From: Octopus vulgaris
Taxonomy: Eukaryota
NCBI GenBank assembly: GCA_951406725.2
Contig: OX597818.1
Span: 17,236,001-17,300,000, forward strand
Length of the DNA stretch: 64,000 bases
Direction: 5' to 3'
Each line of letters starts with the position of its first letter. Positions within the stretch are counted from its first letter, which is position 1. Shown here piece by piece: positions 1 through 13,300 of the stretch. The translations under genes and the position numbers were made by a program. The notes beneath the pieces were generated by a model. It was given only the letters and a program-made list of their open reading frames with translations, made no database searches and was not told where the DNA came from.

Positions 1-589
1 ATTTTTATCTACGGACTCCCTTTGATTGCTATTTTATTGTGGTGGAGCCCTGTAGCCATTTGATGTTTAAAAATATAACTAGTCAACAGTGTCTTGCAAG
101 CATTACGTGACTGAAATTGCATAGTCACGTTTATTGAGAGACAGTAATACAAGACAGTGTATGTAGGTTAAGGGAAAAATTGGTTTGTCATAGGTTAAAG
201 TCAAGCGTCACAGGCAGAAACAAAGAAGAAAAACACTGTGGCATAAAGGAATAAATAAATTCAAATATTGAAACCATTTTCAACTGAACAACAATACACT
301 GAGTCTCACACACCCACGCACACACACACACTCACACACTCACACACACACACACACATGCACATACATACACACACACACGCATACGCATATAGATATA
401 CACATGTATGTGTGTATGTGTGTGTGTGTCTGTGTATACAGACATAGACACTCACCCATATATACACAAATATATTCGTGGAAAGTCATGCATATACAGG
501 AATGTGTAATCTAAACATACATATATTTTAAATATACCTACATACATATTTGTATGTGTGTGTGCGCACGTGCGCGTGTATGAGTATAT

Positions 590-649
<60 letters not shown>

Positions 650-1074
650 GCTTGTCCATGTGTGTGTGTGTATATGTATACACTCAGAGGGTTTCCGTAA
701 GTTACCTTTAGAGTTTGGCGCAATTATTGCTGAAGCTGTAAACTAATTCATGAATAGACTGCCTATAATATAAATATAATATATATATATATATGTATAC
801 ACATACCCCCTCACATATATATGTATTTATATATATATACACATATATGTATGTATATATATATATATATATATATATACGCACATAGTGTGTATATGCA
901 TATATATATATATATATATATATAGAACACATGGATAGGTTTTTAGTACAATCGTTAACGATTGTACTATATATATATATCACCCCACATTACTGTATTG
1001 TTAAAACAGTATAGGTTTTTTGTGCATCTGTATATTCAAGTAAATTCATTTAAATTAACTTGAATCTTTATTAC

Positions 1075-1121
<47 letters not shown>

Positions 1122-2613
1122 ATATATATGTATGTATGTTTGTATGTATGTGATATGCATACATGCGTGTGTGTGGGAGAGAGTGTATGTGTGTGTCTGT
1201 GTCAGTGCGCGTGCCTGGTGTCGATGTATTCGTGTAAAGTAATGTTTAAGAGTTTCAAGCGCTTTCGGACGTATCACGACCTATCGCTGTTGAAATATTC
1301 CGGAGGCAAAATTCTCGACTTACGCCTGTGTGAAAGCACATACTACTTCTGGGATTATGAGTGACGTTACTGTACCGTAGGATGTATGCGTTCAGTTTCA
1401 TCTACTACTGAAACCAACTTAGTCGCTCACATCAGGGAAGAATAGAATTTATTTGCATAAGCACTGCCAACAGAATATGGAACCAATGCGTAACCTAATG
1501 GGTGCTGAGACACGTAAATAACACTAGTCGTCCTACTGAAAATCTCTAGTTTTCTCGGCCCCTCGTGCGACTTATCCAAGACGTCAGGTACAAAACATTG
1601 ACGCTTGTCGTCTAGTATATATGGCCCTTAATTTAATACAAATCTGGTGTATGTCAGAACGCAAACTTTCTGGAATCGCAAACACACGGTGGACCTTTCG
1701 TTGCGGTATCACACATATGTGTATATGTGGCCTAGTGTGTAGATGTTCGGCTCACGATCACAGAGCCATGTGTTTATTCCCTGATCCGGGTATCATGTTG
1801 TACCCTTGAGCAAGGTACTTCAACTCACATTATTTCTGTTTGTTGAAAACGAGTACCATCCCAATCCCGGAGCATCTCTGCCTGTCTGTGTGTTTTTCTC
1901 TCTGCGACAATGAAACACTACTATTTTTATTGTTCTCTCGCTCGGGATCGTATGAAAGGTGTAGCGTTGTAGTACAGACGGGAGTTTCGTGTTTCTACAG
2001 CCATCCACGCGGTTGTCTCTTCAATTGCTAATGCTCTTTAAGAAGACTCGTCAGTGTGTATGAAATGGTGTCTTGGTCTTCTTTAAAATCCAAGAACAAT
2101 AAGGAATGTATCTTCTCCTGAGCCTCGCCATATACACTTCGCTCATTTCTGCTTCACCAAAGCTGTTTTTTTATTTGTAAATATTGACCTACAAATATCG
2201 TAGCCGAATATCAAACCTCACCTCAGTCTTACCAGTCTAGGATTCTTGTGACGGTTATTTGATATCCTGCCTTGAATAACTTTTATATCAATAAACTAAC
2301 AGACCACTCCTAATTCTTTAATGGTGGATTATGCTAAGTCAATGTACGAAAGTCACCATCGGTTACGGTTGTTTATGTATCAATACCAGGGACAATACTC
2401 TGCAGAACCTGGACAAGGTAGCGTTTTTCATGGAAAGGTGATAGGTGGATCAGGAATTTCGAGTGATGGGGTTATTCCATCAACATAGTACTTGACTGCT
2501 ACTTTATTTTTCCCAAAATCCGGAGTGATGAAAGGTAAAGTTTACCTTATCGGGATTTGGACTCAGAAGACAGAGTCGTAATTAAAAGCCACCCCGCTGG
2601 CTAAGCGAGCAGG

Positions 2614-2703
<90 letters not shown>

Positions 2704-2704
2704 C

Positions 2705-2747
<43 letters not shown>

Positions 2748-2974
2748 AACACACTCACTCGTACATATTTGCATACTTCCACGCAGCTTACGTACGAAAA
2801 TGCCTACCTACATACATACATTTATACATAAGTACGTGCGTTCGTACGTATGAACATACATGCATAAATACATACATGCATAAATACATACATACATACA
2901 TACATACATACATACATACATACATACATACATACATACATACTGGTTATATGTCCTTTCATGTATCTTTTCAG

Positions 2975-3070
2975 AAATGCCTGGTTCTATGCTACCGGTT
3001 CTAGAATTAGATCCGAAGACCTTTATTCCTCAGAGTATGGCCATCTCTCGCTATTTGGCAAGAGAATTTG
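2975..3070 (+). CDS. S-crystallin / sigma-class glutathione S-transferase (short-loop SL11-like), first coding exon visible in the window (internal, phase 1/1)
   Basis: Bounded by tttcAG at 2973-2974 and G|gtgagt at 3071. Encodes (K)[31 protein letters not shown](G), with the cis-Pro LPVL and [14 protein letters not shown] motifs of the GST N-domain. The exons carrying the start codon and catalytic Tyr were not found in 1-2974. Confidence 0.95.
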
Positions 3071-3986
3071 GTGAGTGGAAGTGTTTATTTTCTAGTTTCT
3101 TACATTTCTTATTACTTTTATCTTTACTACAACGGTGTAATCTGCTTATTAATTAATTAATTATAATTAAGCAATTTTGACTAAAAGCAATTATTAAAGT
3201 TTCCAATGTTTAGAAAACTCCTAAAAATTCCAGTTTTAATATATTTTTATGAAAATTAATTATTTGTATATATAAATTTTTTATACACGTAGAACCAATG
3301 ACATGCTGTCCCACTTCTTTGCAACACATACGGAGAGGACTTAAACACCTACACCCCTTCTTCCCTTCCTCAGCTTCATAGATGTAACCGTATGCCCTGT
3401 TCCATTTCTGAGTAGAACACAGCTCAGTATTCTTAGCACAGCTATGATAATCCCTGTTAACTATGCTTCATGAGGAAGGCACGCTTCAGTAATTTATTCC
3501 AACTTTACTCTCTAAGCTCTGGTTCACAAATGATCTTAAGACTTAACACTATGAATAATAATTTCGAACAATGCCTACCAGATAGCTTGAGCGGTACTTA
3601 ATTGCATTGAATCGCAGTAGTATATATAAGCAAATTAAACAGCGTGATTCGAACTCCGAATGTAAAAAAAAAAAAAAGCAGTGACTAAATATTGCAGTCA
3701 TTTTTATCTGACGCTTTAGCGGTTCTGCCAACCCACTACCATAGCACTGCGACATCATAAATATGTATATATATATATATCGTTAATTTAAAATAAAATA
3801 ACGCACTTATCATGTAGTCAGCATGGAAAAAATAACCTTCAAAGGTAATAATGGTTTCTTTCTTTCTTTCCCTGATGAGAAGATTACATTGTTTTATACC
3901 ATTTTATTCCTTTGGAATAATAACAATGTTGTCATCGAAACGTATGTCGGAAGTAAAAGAATTTGAATAACACCTGCGTTTAATTC

Positions 3987-4039
<53 letters not shown>

Positions 4040-4070
4040 CTATTACTATTACTATTGTGTCTTTCTGCAG

Positions 4071-4186
4071 GGTTCCATGGTCAGAACAATCTAGAAATGT
4101 TGAGAGTTGATGCCATCTGTGATTGTTTTCAAGACATCTGTAATGAATACATGTTGATGTACCACGAGAAGGATCCAGCAAAGAAG
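4071..4186 (+). CDS. S-crystallin/GST-sigma internal exon (phase 1/0)
   Basis: ctgcAG acceptor; encodes (G)[38 protein letters not shown]; weak donor AAG|gtcaaa. Frame is consistent with both neighbouring exons. Confidence 0.92.
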
Positions 4187-4767
4187 GTCAAACTCAATCG
4201 GATTTTCTCTCACTCTTTATATCTCATTGCTATCCCATTCTCTCTCTCTCTCTCTCACTCACTCCCTCTCTACAGTCACTTATTGGAATGTAGTGGTGGT
4301 GATCACGGTAGCGGCGATGGCGTTGATGATGACAGTGTTAGTAATGGTGATGGTGATTATAGTAATAGCAGTGGTGGGGTAAAAATAGTGCTTGTAATGG
4401 TTGTGTTAGTAATTAATAGAGGTATTGGTGACAATGATACTAGAAATGATGGTAGTAATGGCATTAGTGATGGTGGTGGTGGTGAAGCTGGTGATGGTGT
4501 GAGGACGTTAGTACTGGTGATGGTGGTGGTGATGATGGTAGTGGTAGTTATTGTCGCCATCGTTGAAGTGGTGTAGTTTTTGTGGTTACATGGTTGTGAA
4601 TTTGCTAGCAGTAGTGTGAATGGTAGTGAAATACTGATCTGGCCAATCTGCTCTTTTTAATTTAGACATTACCTATGCAGCTCATTATATTAAATCCATG
4701 ATAAACACTAGTATCTGTCCACCTAGATGTAAATAAGTACAACGGTGTAGTCTTATAGTTCACTTGG

Positions 4768-5154
4768 TGGAGGCGCAATGGCCCAGTGGTTATCGCAGCG
4801 GACTCGCGGTCATAGGATCGCGGTTTCGATTCCCAGACCGGGCGTTGTGAGTGTTTATTGAGCGAAAACACCTAAAAGCTCCACGAGGCTCCGGTAGGGG
4901 ATGGTGGTGATCCCTGCTGTACTCTTTCACCACAACTTTCTCTCACTCTTACTTCCTGTTTCTGTTGTACCTGTATTTCAAGGGGCCGGCCTTGTCACTC
5001 TCTGTGTCACGCTGAATATCCCCGAGAACTGCGTTAAGGGTGCACGTGTCTGTGGAGTGCTCAGCCACTTACACGTTAATTTCACGAGCAGGCTGTTCCG
5101 TTGATTCGGATCAACCGGAACCCTCATCGTCGTAAACGACGGAGTGCTTCAAAG
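4768..5154 (+). mobile_element. tRNA(Arg-like)-derived SINE, family A, full length with target-site duplication
   Basis: Head ggaggcgcaatggcccagtggtta...ggtttcgattccc carries A/B boxes. A 13-bp TSD atagttcacttgg lies at 4755-4767 and 5155-5167. Confidence 0.9.
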
Positions 5155-5538
5155 ATAGTTCACTTGGATGTTCGTAGGTCGGAGCGACGAAGACCGTCGA
5201 GATGTCCTAGCGCGGGAGTTGGGGTTGAAATTTGTAGGTGCGTTGATGATTAAGAAGGGCAAATCGCACCCGAGAAATTGTTTAGCAGTGTGAACAGGGA
5301 ATAGTGATTGTGGTAGTCGGGGACTTGATGGCGCTGAAGGTACCCAACGGGTATGTAACTCTTGGTGAATGAGGGCTGGCCTGCGTATACTTATGAAGAC
5401 TAAATCATGTTTTACTTCGAAAGAAAGAAAGAAATAAAGAAAGAAAGAACCATTATGACTGTGAAGTTTCGACCATCTCAGTCAAACCAAATTATTGATA
5501 AGTAGTTGAGAAATAACGTGTAAACCTTGTGTTTGCAG

Positions 5539-5646
5539 GAGGAACTACGCCGCAGATATGAACTTATGTGTGACCGCATCTTGCCTTATTTGGAAAAAAC
5601 TCTTACGAGTAACAACAGTGGCAATAAATGGTTTGTAGGAGATAAG
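5539..5646 (+). CDS. S-crystallin/GST-sigma internal exon (phase 0/0)
   Basis: ttgcAG acceptor; encodes EELRRRYELMCDRILPYLEKTLTSNNSGNKWFVGDK; AAG|gtaaga donor. Confidence 0.95.
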
Positions 5647-5819
5647 GTAAGATTAATATTGATATTTTTTCAGTGTTCTTGTTTTAATTGCATGGTTTCA
5701 CTATATAACCTTACTTGATTTAACCCGGGAGCAGCTTCGTGTTCCTTAGGTACATGAAGTGTCTTCCTTCTGTTATATTAAAAGAATTCTAAACAATATA
5801 TGCGTAATGTCTAGTAATA

Positions 5820-6052
5820 AATTTCTTTACTACCCGCAAGGGGCTAAACATAGAGAGGACAAACAAGGACAGACAAACGGATTAAGTCGATTATATCGAC
5901 CCCAGTGCGTAACTGGTACTTATTTAATCGACCCCGAAAGGATGAAAGGCAAAGTCGACCTCGGCGGAATTTGAACTCAGAACGTAGCGGCAGACGAAAT
6001 ACTGCTAAGCATTTCGGCCGGTGTGCTAACGATTCTGCTAGTTCGCCACCTT
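5820..6052 (-). mobile_element. SINE family C (ctttcatcctttcggggtcgat core, resembling the MetaSINE central domain)
   Basis: Near-identical copies recur at about 7180-7395(+), 7405-7638(+), 10705-10915(+), 11005-11178(-), 14114-14343(-), 15770-16095(-), 16580-16780(-), 17317-17540(-), 23730-23910(-), 33805-34035(+), 47535-47950(-) and 52740-53130(-). Confidence 0.85.
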
Positions 6053-6089
6053 AGTAGACGCATTAGTAAATATTAGTAATACTAATAGT

Positions 6090-6696
6090 AGGCGCAGATG
6101 CGGTTGTATGGTAAGAAGCTTGCTTCCCAACCACATGGTTCCGGGTTCAGTCCCACTGCGTGGAACCTTGGGCAAGTTTCTTCTACTATAGCCTTGGATC
6201 GTTTAAAGCCTTGTGAGTGGATTCGGTAGACGGAACTGAAGGAAACCCATCGTGTGTGTGTGTGTGTGTCCCACCACCTCTTGACAACCGGTGCTGGTGT
6301 GTTTACGACTCCAGATCGGAAAAAGAGACATATAGGATAAGTACCAGGTTTAACATAAAAAGTACTGGGATCGATTCATTCGACTGAAAATTCTTTTAGG
6401 CGGTGCTCCAGCATGGCCGCAGTCTAATGACTGAAACAAGTAAAGTATAATACTATTTTTGGTACATTGGTGTTTTATCTTTATAACATCCAATCACTCC
6501 CAAAGCAGTAACGGAGAATTTCTTTATTATTTTAGGCGCATGCGTGGTTGTGTAGTTGAGAAGCTTGCTTTTCAACCACCTGGTCTCGTGTTCGATTCCG
6601 GCGCGCAGCACTTTGGGTAAATGTCTTCTGATATAGCTCGGAGACGACCAAAATTTTGTGACTGGGTTTGTAATTGGAAACTGAAACAAGCCCGTC

Positions 6697-6733
<37 letters not shown>

Positions 6734-6990
6734 TGTGTGTGTCTGTGTCTGTGTGCGTGTTTCAGAGTGTGTTTGTCTTTGTGTTTATCTCCCACCACCG
6801 CTTGAAAACCAGTGTTGGTTTGTTTACGTCCCCTTAATATAGTGGTTCGGCAAAAGAAACCGATAGAATAAGTAACGGGCTTAAAATGAATACTGGAGGA
6901 CGATTTGTTCGACTACAGCCTTGAAGACAGTGCCCCAGTATGGTCACGGCACATTGAGTGAAATAAGTAAAAGATAAAAAGATTAAAAAG
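6090..6990 (+). mobile_element. Two tandem copies of tRNA-derived SINE family B
   Basis: Head aggcgca...tggtaagaagcttgcttcccaaccacatggttccgggttcagtccc, an internal (TG)n, and a ctgaaacaagtaaa tail. Copies at about 6090-6450 and 6534-6990. Confidence 0.85.
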
Positions 6991-7853
6991 ATGCATCAAC
7001 GTCTAAATGACGCTATCTTTCAGGATCGTGCTTGAAAACAAAATCACGTTACTTAACCTTGATCGCCTTATCAGTATGAATTTGACATATCCAAGAGTAA
7101 GATAGCTTAGTCATCACCTGAAGTACTTTCCGCTGTATGCGTATATTATGTTATCTTAAATTAATGTGTACTCAAAAATAAGACGGCGAACTGATAGAAT
7201 TGTTAGCACGCCGGGGAAAATGCCTAGCGGCGTTTCGTCTGTCTTTGTGTTCTGAGTTCAAATTCTGCTGAGGTCGACTTTGCCTTTCATCCTTTCGGGG
7301 ACGATAAATTAAGCACCAGTTGAGTACTGGAGTCGTTGTGATCGACTTACCCCTTCCCCCTGAAATTGCTGGCCTCGCGCCAAAATTTGAAATCATTATT
7401 ATTAAAGCGGAGAACTGGAGGAATCGTTAGTACGTCGGACATAATGCTTAGCGGCATTTCACCTGTCTTTACGTCTTTTACTTTCTGAGTTCAAATACCG
7501 TCGAGATCAACCCAGCTTTTCATCCCTTTCGAGAGTCAATAAAATAAGTACCAGTTGAGCACTGGGATCGATGTAATCGACTTGCTCCCTCCCACCCACC
7601 CCGAAACTGCTGGCCTTGTGCCAAAATTTGAGACCAATGTTATCTAAAATAATTGTAGTTACCTAAAATAATTGTAATAATTGATAGTTATGGTTATTGT
7701 GTATTCACTGTGGGCACATAGATATTCTGTTGTACAGAAAGTAATAAGAATGAGAGAGAAACATTGCTTGTGTATATGATTTTCAAACCGACTTATATTG
7801 TATATAAATATGTATACTGTGATTTTGAACTAATTAAATTATTTTTGTATGTA

Positions 7854-9129
7854 TTGGGTCATCCCATAAATAATGTGGTATTTTTATACTTCCTTATTTT
7901 TCAAAATCAAGACAAATAAAGTTCTTTTTTAATCTAAAATATACTCTCCTTCATTTTCTACAAAAAACTCCACCTATCTTGTAGAATTGCAAGGCCCCCT
8001 CTTCCAAAATTCACTTGTCCGTGACGAAAAACACTCCTCCAGTATTGTTCTCACCTCGTCTACAGAATTCATATTTTTTACGTCCAAATGATTTTGAAGA
8101 CTGCAGAATAAATGATAATCAGATGGGGCAATGTCCGGTGAATATGGTGGATGGGACATCATTTCCCATTCAAACTGCTCAAGCCTTTGGAATGTCATCC
8201 TCGCTGTATATTGCCGAGCATTATCTTGATGGAAGAACGACTTTTGTCTTGAAATTAAAGATGATCGTTTTTTTTTCTAGCGCTGACTTAAGCCACTCAA
8301 GCTGCTCGCAGTAGATCTCCTTTGTTATCGTTTGGTTTGGGTTTAAAAGTCCACTTAACCTTTCATATCCCACCAAACAGATAACAACACCTTACGTGAG
8401 TGAAGACCTTCTTTAGCCTGGGGTGCCGATGTTTCTCCTTGCCCTACCCACTGTCTTCGGCGCTTGACATTTTTTTAGAGAAGCCATTTCTCGTCACCAG
8501 TCACTATTTGGTCCAAAAAAGGTTCATTCGTGAGACGTGACAGCAAGGAAGAGCACACATTCACTCTCTGCGTGCGATTAGACTCGGAAAGTTTGTGAGG
8601 AACCTACTGACCCAATTTGTTGACTTTTCCGATAGCACACAGGTGTCGATGAATGGTTGAATGACCAAATCCAAGCTTCTCTGCTAGTTCCTTAACAGTT
8701 TCGATGAGATTCCCCCCCGGTTTATAGGATGTCATCATTGAGCTCTACAGATCTTACAGGACGAGGCTCGTCTTCTAGGCTGTAGTTTCTGGCTCGGATT
8801 TTCTGGATCCACCGTTGACACTGGCTTACGCTTATTGTCCGATCCCCATATACTGCATTAATATTCCTCGCACTTTCCGTTGCGTTGTTGCCTTTATTGA
8901 ACTCATAAAGCAAAATATGCCGAATATGCTACTTTGTCACTTCCATAATAGCTTTGAAAAAATAACTGTTAAAATCGAACTGCACCCTTCAAAACTGTTA
9001 CTATGAATAAGTACAATGTAATATTACTACCTTCTTTTATAGCAACTTGATGCAGGTAGTTTATCCCGTCCCACTCCAACTTTTCGTTCATGCATTTGAA
9101 AAAACCGCATTATTTATGGAATGATCCAA
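7854..9129 (-). mobile_element. Mariner (DD34D, Hsmar1/cecropia-like) transposon, full length but degenerate, inside the last GST intron
   Basis: TIRs ttgggtcatcccataaataatgtggt and accgcattatttatggaatgatccaa, with TA at 7852-7853 and 9130-9131. Fragments LYEFNKGNNATESARNINAVYG..LEDEPR and HPPYSPDIAPSDYHLF; stops and frameshifts present. Confidence 0.92.
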
Positions 9130-9207
9130 TACTTATTTATGGTTGTTTGTAATATATTAGTTATTTTATGGAGTAAATTAAAGATAATCTGTCTTGCATT
9201 TCATTAG

Positions 9208-9372
9208 ATCCTTATGTGTGACCTGATGTGTTATTCGGCACTGGAGAACCCATTGCATGATAAATCCAGCTTACTGAAGGATTATCCCAAACTGCAAGCT
9301 TTGCGGAAGCGAGTGGCTGAACACCCGAAAATTGATCAATACATTAAGAGGCGGGAGAAAACCGAGTTTTAA
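9208..9372 (+). CDS. S-crystallin/GST-sigma terminal coding exon
   Basis: cattAG acceptor; encodes [57 protein letters not shown]. The MCY.ALENP, YPKL and R..TEF end are typical of S-crystallins. Confidence 0.95.
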   Translation: MLMCDLMCYSALENPLHDKSSLLKDYPKLQALRKRVAEHPKIDQYIKRREKTEF

Positions 9373-9538
9373 ACAGCTACACTTACAAAGACACATATTT
9401 ATATGTATACATACGCATGTATGAACATACATACATACATACATACATACATACATACATACATACATACATACATACATACATACATACATACAAACGC
9501 ACGTGTATGCATATATGAGTCAAACAAATATGGTGAGA

Positions 9539-9575
9539 AATAAAGATATTTAAAATGAAGCAAAATAATAATAAA
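9539..9575 (+). terminator. Candidate polyadenylation signals of the S-crystallin/GST gene
   Basis: AATAAA at 9539-9544 and 9570-9575, about 170-200 nt after the stop codon, following a (TACA)n tract in the 3' UTR. Confidence 0.55.
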
Positions 9576-9986
9576 GTGCTAAAAAAGATTTTTTAAAATT
9601 ATAATCAGATTTCTGGCTTGCTTTATATAAAACACGTTAACTAACCTTTAAAAAAGACTATTTTATTATTTTATTTTTTTCATGCTTTATTATACAGAAG
9701 GGCACTAATAGCAGAATGTTATGCTTTTCGAAATAAAGCGAAATCTCTCCTCTGCTCAGAGTTTAAATTCTGCTTTGGTCAACTTTGTTTTCCTTCGTTC
9801 CAGGAAATAATGTTAAGTAAAGATTTATCCCACCTTCATTAGTAACAGAGAGGACTAAAGTTAATATCCTGTCGACACTAAGCTGTGAAGTATAGTCACA
9901 ATACATTATAGTTCACTGTACTGTGTCGAAGGTCAAGACATTTAACTATCAACTATTCAGTTTGCTCAGCAGTAGATTGGTAACAT

Positions 9987-10301
9987 GTGGAGGCGCAATG
10001 GCCCAGTGGTTAGGGCAACGGACTCGCGGTCGGAGGATCGCAGTTTCGATTCCCAGACCGGGTGTGGTGTGTGTTTATTGAGCGAAAACACCTAAAGCTC
10101 CACGAGGCTCCGGCAGGGGGTGGTGGCGACCCCTGTTGTACTCTTTCGCCCCAACTTTCTCTCACTCTTTCTTCCTGATTCTTGAGTAACGCTGCCATGG
10201 ACTGGCGTCCCGTCCAGCTGAGGGAACACATACGCCACAGAAACCGGATCCATGAGCCTGGCTAGGATTGAAAAGGGAGCATAAAAATAATAAATAATAT
10301 A
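9987..10301 (+). mobile_element. SINE family A copy
   Basis: Same head as the 4768 copy; ggtaacat is repeated on both flanks (9979-9986, 10302-10309). Further related copies at about 1728-2000, 14790-15110(-), 18470-18780, 19842-20160, 41835-42010, 42060-42290(-) and 46784-47030. Confidence 0.85.
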
Positions 10302-13300
10302 GGTAACATCGTGTGATATAGTTCTGTACGAAGAAGAACACTAAAGAAGGTTGCGATTTTTGATAAACACAATTTTTTTTCCTCGTATACACTCTTCTGT
10401 AAGAAGGGGTAAGCAGTGGGGAAGCGGAGATCACATCGACGCTTCCCTTCATTAAATTCCACACACAAAATGCGCTACGGAAAAAGATACTTACCCAAGA
10501 TGCCCGCCACAAAGAACGAAGGCGTGCTTTCAAAACGAAAATCTTGATACCTACGATCAAGACGGATCTTAAATGCTGAGTAATTTTCAGTCGGAGAAAC
10601 AAAACAATGCAAAACAAACAAAAAAGAAATGAATCAATAATTTCATGTTCGATTACCAATTGTACACGGATCTTTTAAAAATATCCGTATCATCTGAAAA
10701 GTGTCGAGCTGGCAGAATCGTTAGCAGACCGGGCAAAATGCTTAGCGACATTTCATCCGTCTGGTCGTTCTCAGTTCAAATTCTACCGAGGTCGATTTTG
10801 CTTTTCATCCTTTCGGAATTGATAAAATAAGTACCAGCTGAGCACTGGGGTCGATGTAATCGACTAGTCCCCATCCCAAAAATTACTGCCCTTGTGCCAA
10901 AATGTGAAACCAATATCGCTATCGCTTTTGATAGTGGCTGGATTTTTGCTATTGTTCAGGCGAAAGATATTACCGCCATGACCATCCTGTGTTATATAAT
11001 CTTTTTTACTCTAGGTACAAGGCCCCCAATTTTTGCGATTAGATCGACTCCAGTGCACAACTGGTACTTAATTTATCGACCCCGAAAGGATGAAAGGTGA
11101 ACTCGAAAGGTAACGGCAGACAAAATACGGCTACGCATTTCGCCCGGCGTGCTAACGTTTCTGCCAGATCGCCGCCTTTCCTGTGTTATGTAATGGAGTA
11201 AATTGTATTATGTTCCATTATCAGTAATTCCTAACCATACATTTTGAAGCCAAAGTGTAGATTGGAAGAGATGATGTTGATGCCTACCCTAAAATCATTA
11301 GTATCATATGTGATGAGTAATAGCAACTATAAGTGATCGAACTTTCACTGTGAAACTTACCGTGTTATAATATCTTAAGAGAAGAAGAAACGAGTTTCTA
11401 TCTAATTGCTCAATTTGTAAAAATAGCTGCACAGAGGTACAGTACACAGACATTGTCTTTCCAGATACCACTAAAAAGACAAGAAAAACAATCGCTCAAT
11501 ATGAGACGCAGTGGGATTCAACCCGAAACCACTTAGTTGTGAAGCAAGCTTTTTAACAATGCAGCTATGCCTTGTTTCTCTAAGGTATTGTTACAGACGA
11601 CCATCGCTTGAATGATTTAGAGAATTTATTGATTCAAAACTGGTTTGATGCATGGGGTTTTTTGTCTCAATTAATTAACATTTTCAGCCTTGCCATCTGT
11701 ATCAATTATTACTTCGTAATGGCTACTAATGGCAATCATAAGTGGCTGTATTTACAAATGCCAAGATAAATAAATGCACTATATATAAAGAAAAAGGCGA
11801 CACTGAAAACGAAAAAAAAAAAAATAATTGATTAGCAATATGATTAATATTATTTCACACGCATTTTTTATAAAGTAATATTTCATTATCTTCCTTTTAT
11901 CGTTGAGTGTAACTTAATACATAAAATTATTTTGATAGAGTAATTGATGCATACATACCAGGACAGAAGAATATTTTGGTAGTGTTTTATTCCTCTAGAA
12001 AATTTTAACGCGATATCAATTAATTAATTAAGCAATCAAATAATCAATAATTCAGTTAAAAGGAGGCAACACCCGTAAGATCGATTCGATGCACTTCTTG
12101 CTCAGATTGCATTTATGTATGCCAGAACTTGTAGCTTTTTGTTGTCGGTGATTTTCTCATAATTAAAACCATAGAAATGATGTCGAGATAGAAAGGCATG
12201 TACATCAAATTGGTCAAGGTTTTCAGATCGGTTGCTCAGAGAAACAGCAGTCATTGTTGTAACTCTAAATGAGGCAATATGACTGAGCTGGGTGTGGTTA
12301 AAGCAAACCATGTAAATGATGTCCAATTGGATGTGATATGAAATGTCTGTGTATGAAGTAGTAATGTCGCCTCCGTAGTTACGAGTAATATTCTAATGTG
12401 AGTCATATATAAACTTTGAAGAAAATCGAAAACTGACCAAAACAGTATGTTGTTCAGACCCAGAAGAGGAATCACTGTCTTTATAGGGCAGTTTTATATA
12501 AGTGTTATATAAGAACGGTTACCCTGGGATATCTTGTTAGGCCTCATATTTAAAGTATCTTGTCGTTTATATGCAAGAGATACGATAAAGTGTAATGCTA
12601 AAACTGTTTCTTTAGTATGCGTGGAAACAGTGAAGCACGCCACATTCTCATGTCTCTATTGAAAAATGTTTTTGATATCTGTGATTATGAAAGAAGAATA
12701 AATAAGGCGTAAAGTATCTTGTTGTGTGTGGATAAAGCATGTGTACAGAAGATTAAGTAATACAGAGCTTTAGAATAGATCAAAGTTGATAGTCCGTGGA
12801 TCGGAGGAAGTTCCGTTAACATAAAACTCAAAGAAGTCGCCTGACTGGAAAGTTCCATTCTATAAATTGTGAGAGAGAGAGAGAGAGAGAGAGACAGGGT
12901 GGATGGGGAGATATTTAGGAAGTCCTCGTACCAAACACGAGGGTTCAGCGTCGGCATAGATTAGAGACGGCAAACCTGTGCTTGAAGTGTCAGCAGTGAC
13001 ATGCCGCACGTCCTTTAGGTGGCACGCAATGAACTTTGAAAAAATCTTCCTATAATATCATGTTACAAAAAACTTAACCATAACATTTACCTAAAACCAA
13101 AATACTTGTCTAAATGCAAGTGGTACTCTAATATTAGGATTACTGAGGAATTAAAATTTCGATACTAAAGTAGGTAGGTTCACTACCACTGTTGAGGAAA
13201 CGCCATCTCTTTCTCGACTGCACATGAGGTGGTGAATTGGGCGGTAAAGAAATGGAGAGGTTTGCAATGTATACATAAACTATGCAAAACACGCGAGAAA

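Noticed and set aside
1-2974. Search for the GST start and catalytic-Tyr exons (Y.L.YF..RGRAE)
   Set aside because: No such reading frame was found; these exons are presumably upstream of the window.
4769-4845. tRNA-like sequences here and at other SINE heads
   Set aside because: They continue into SINE bodies with tails and TSDs and lack a proper acceptor stem, so they are not tRNA genes.
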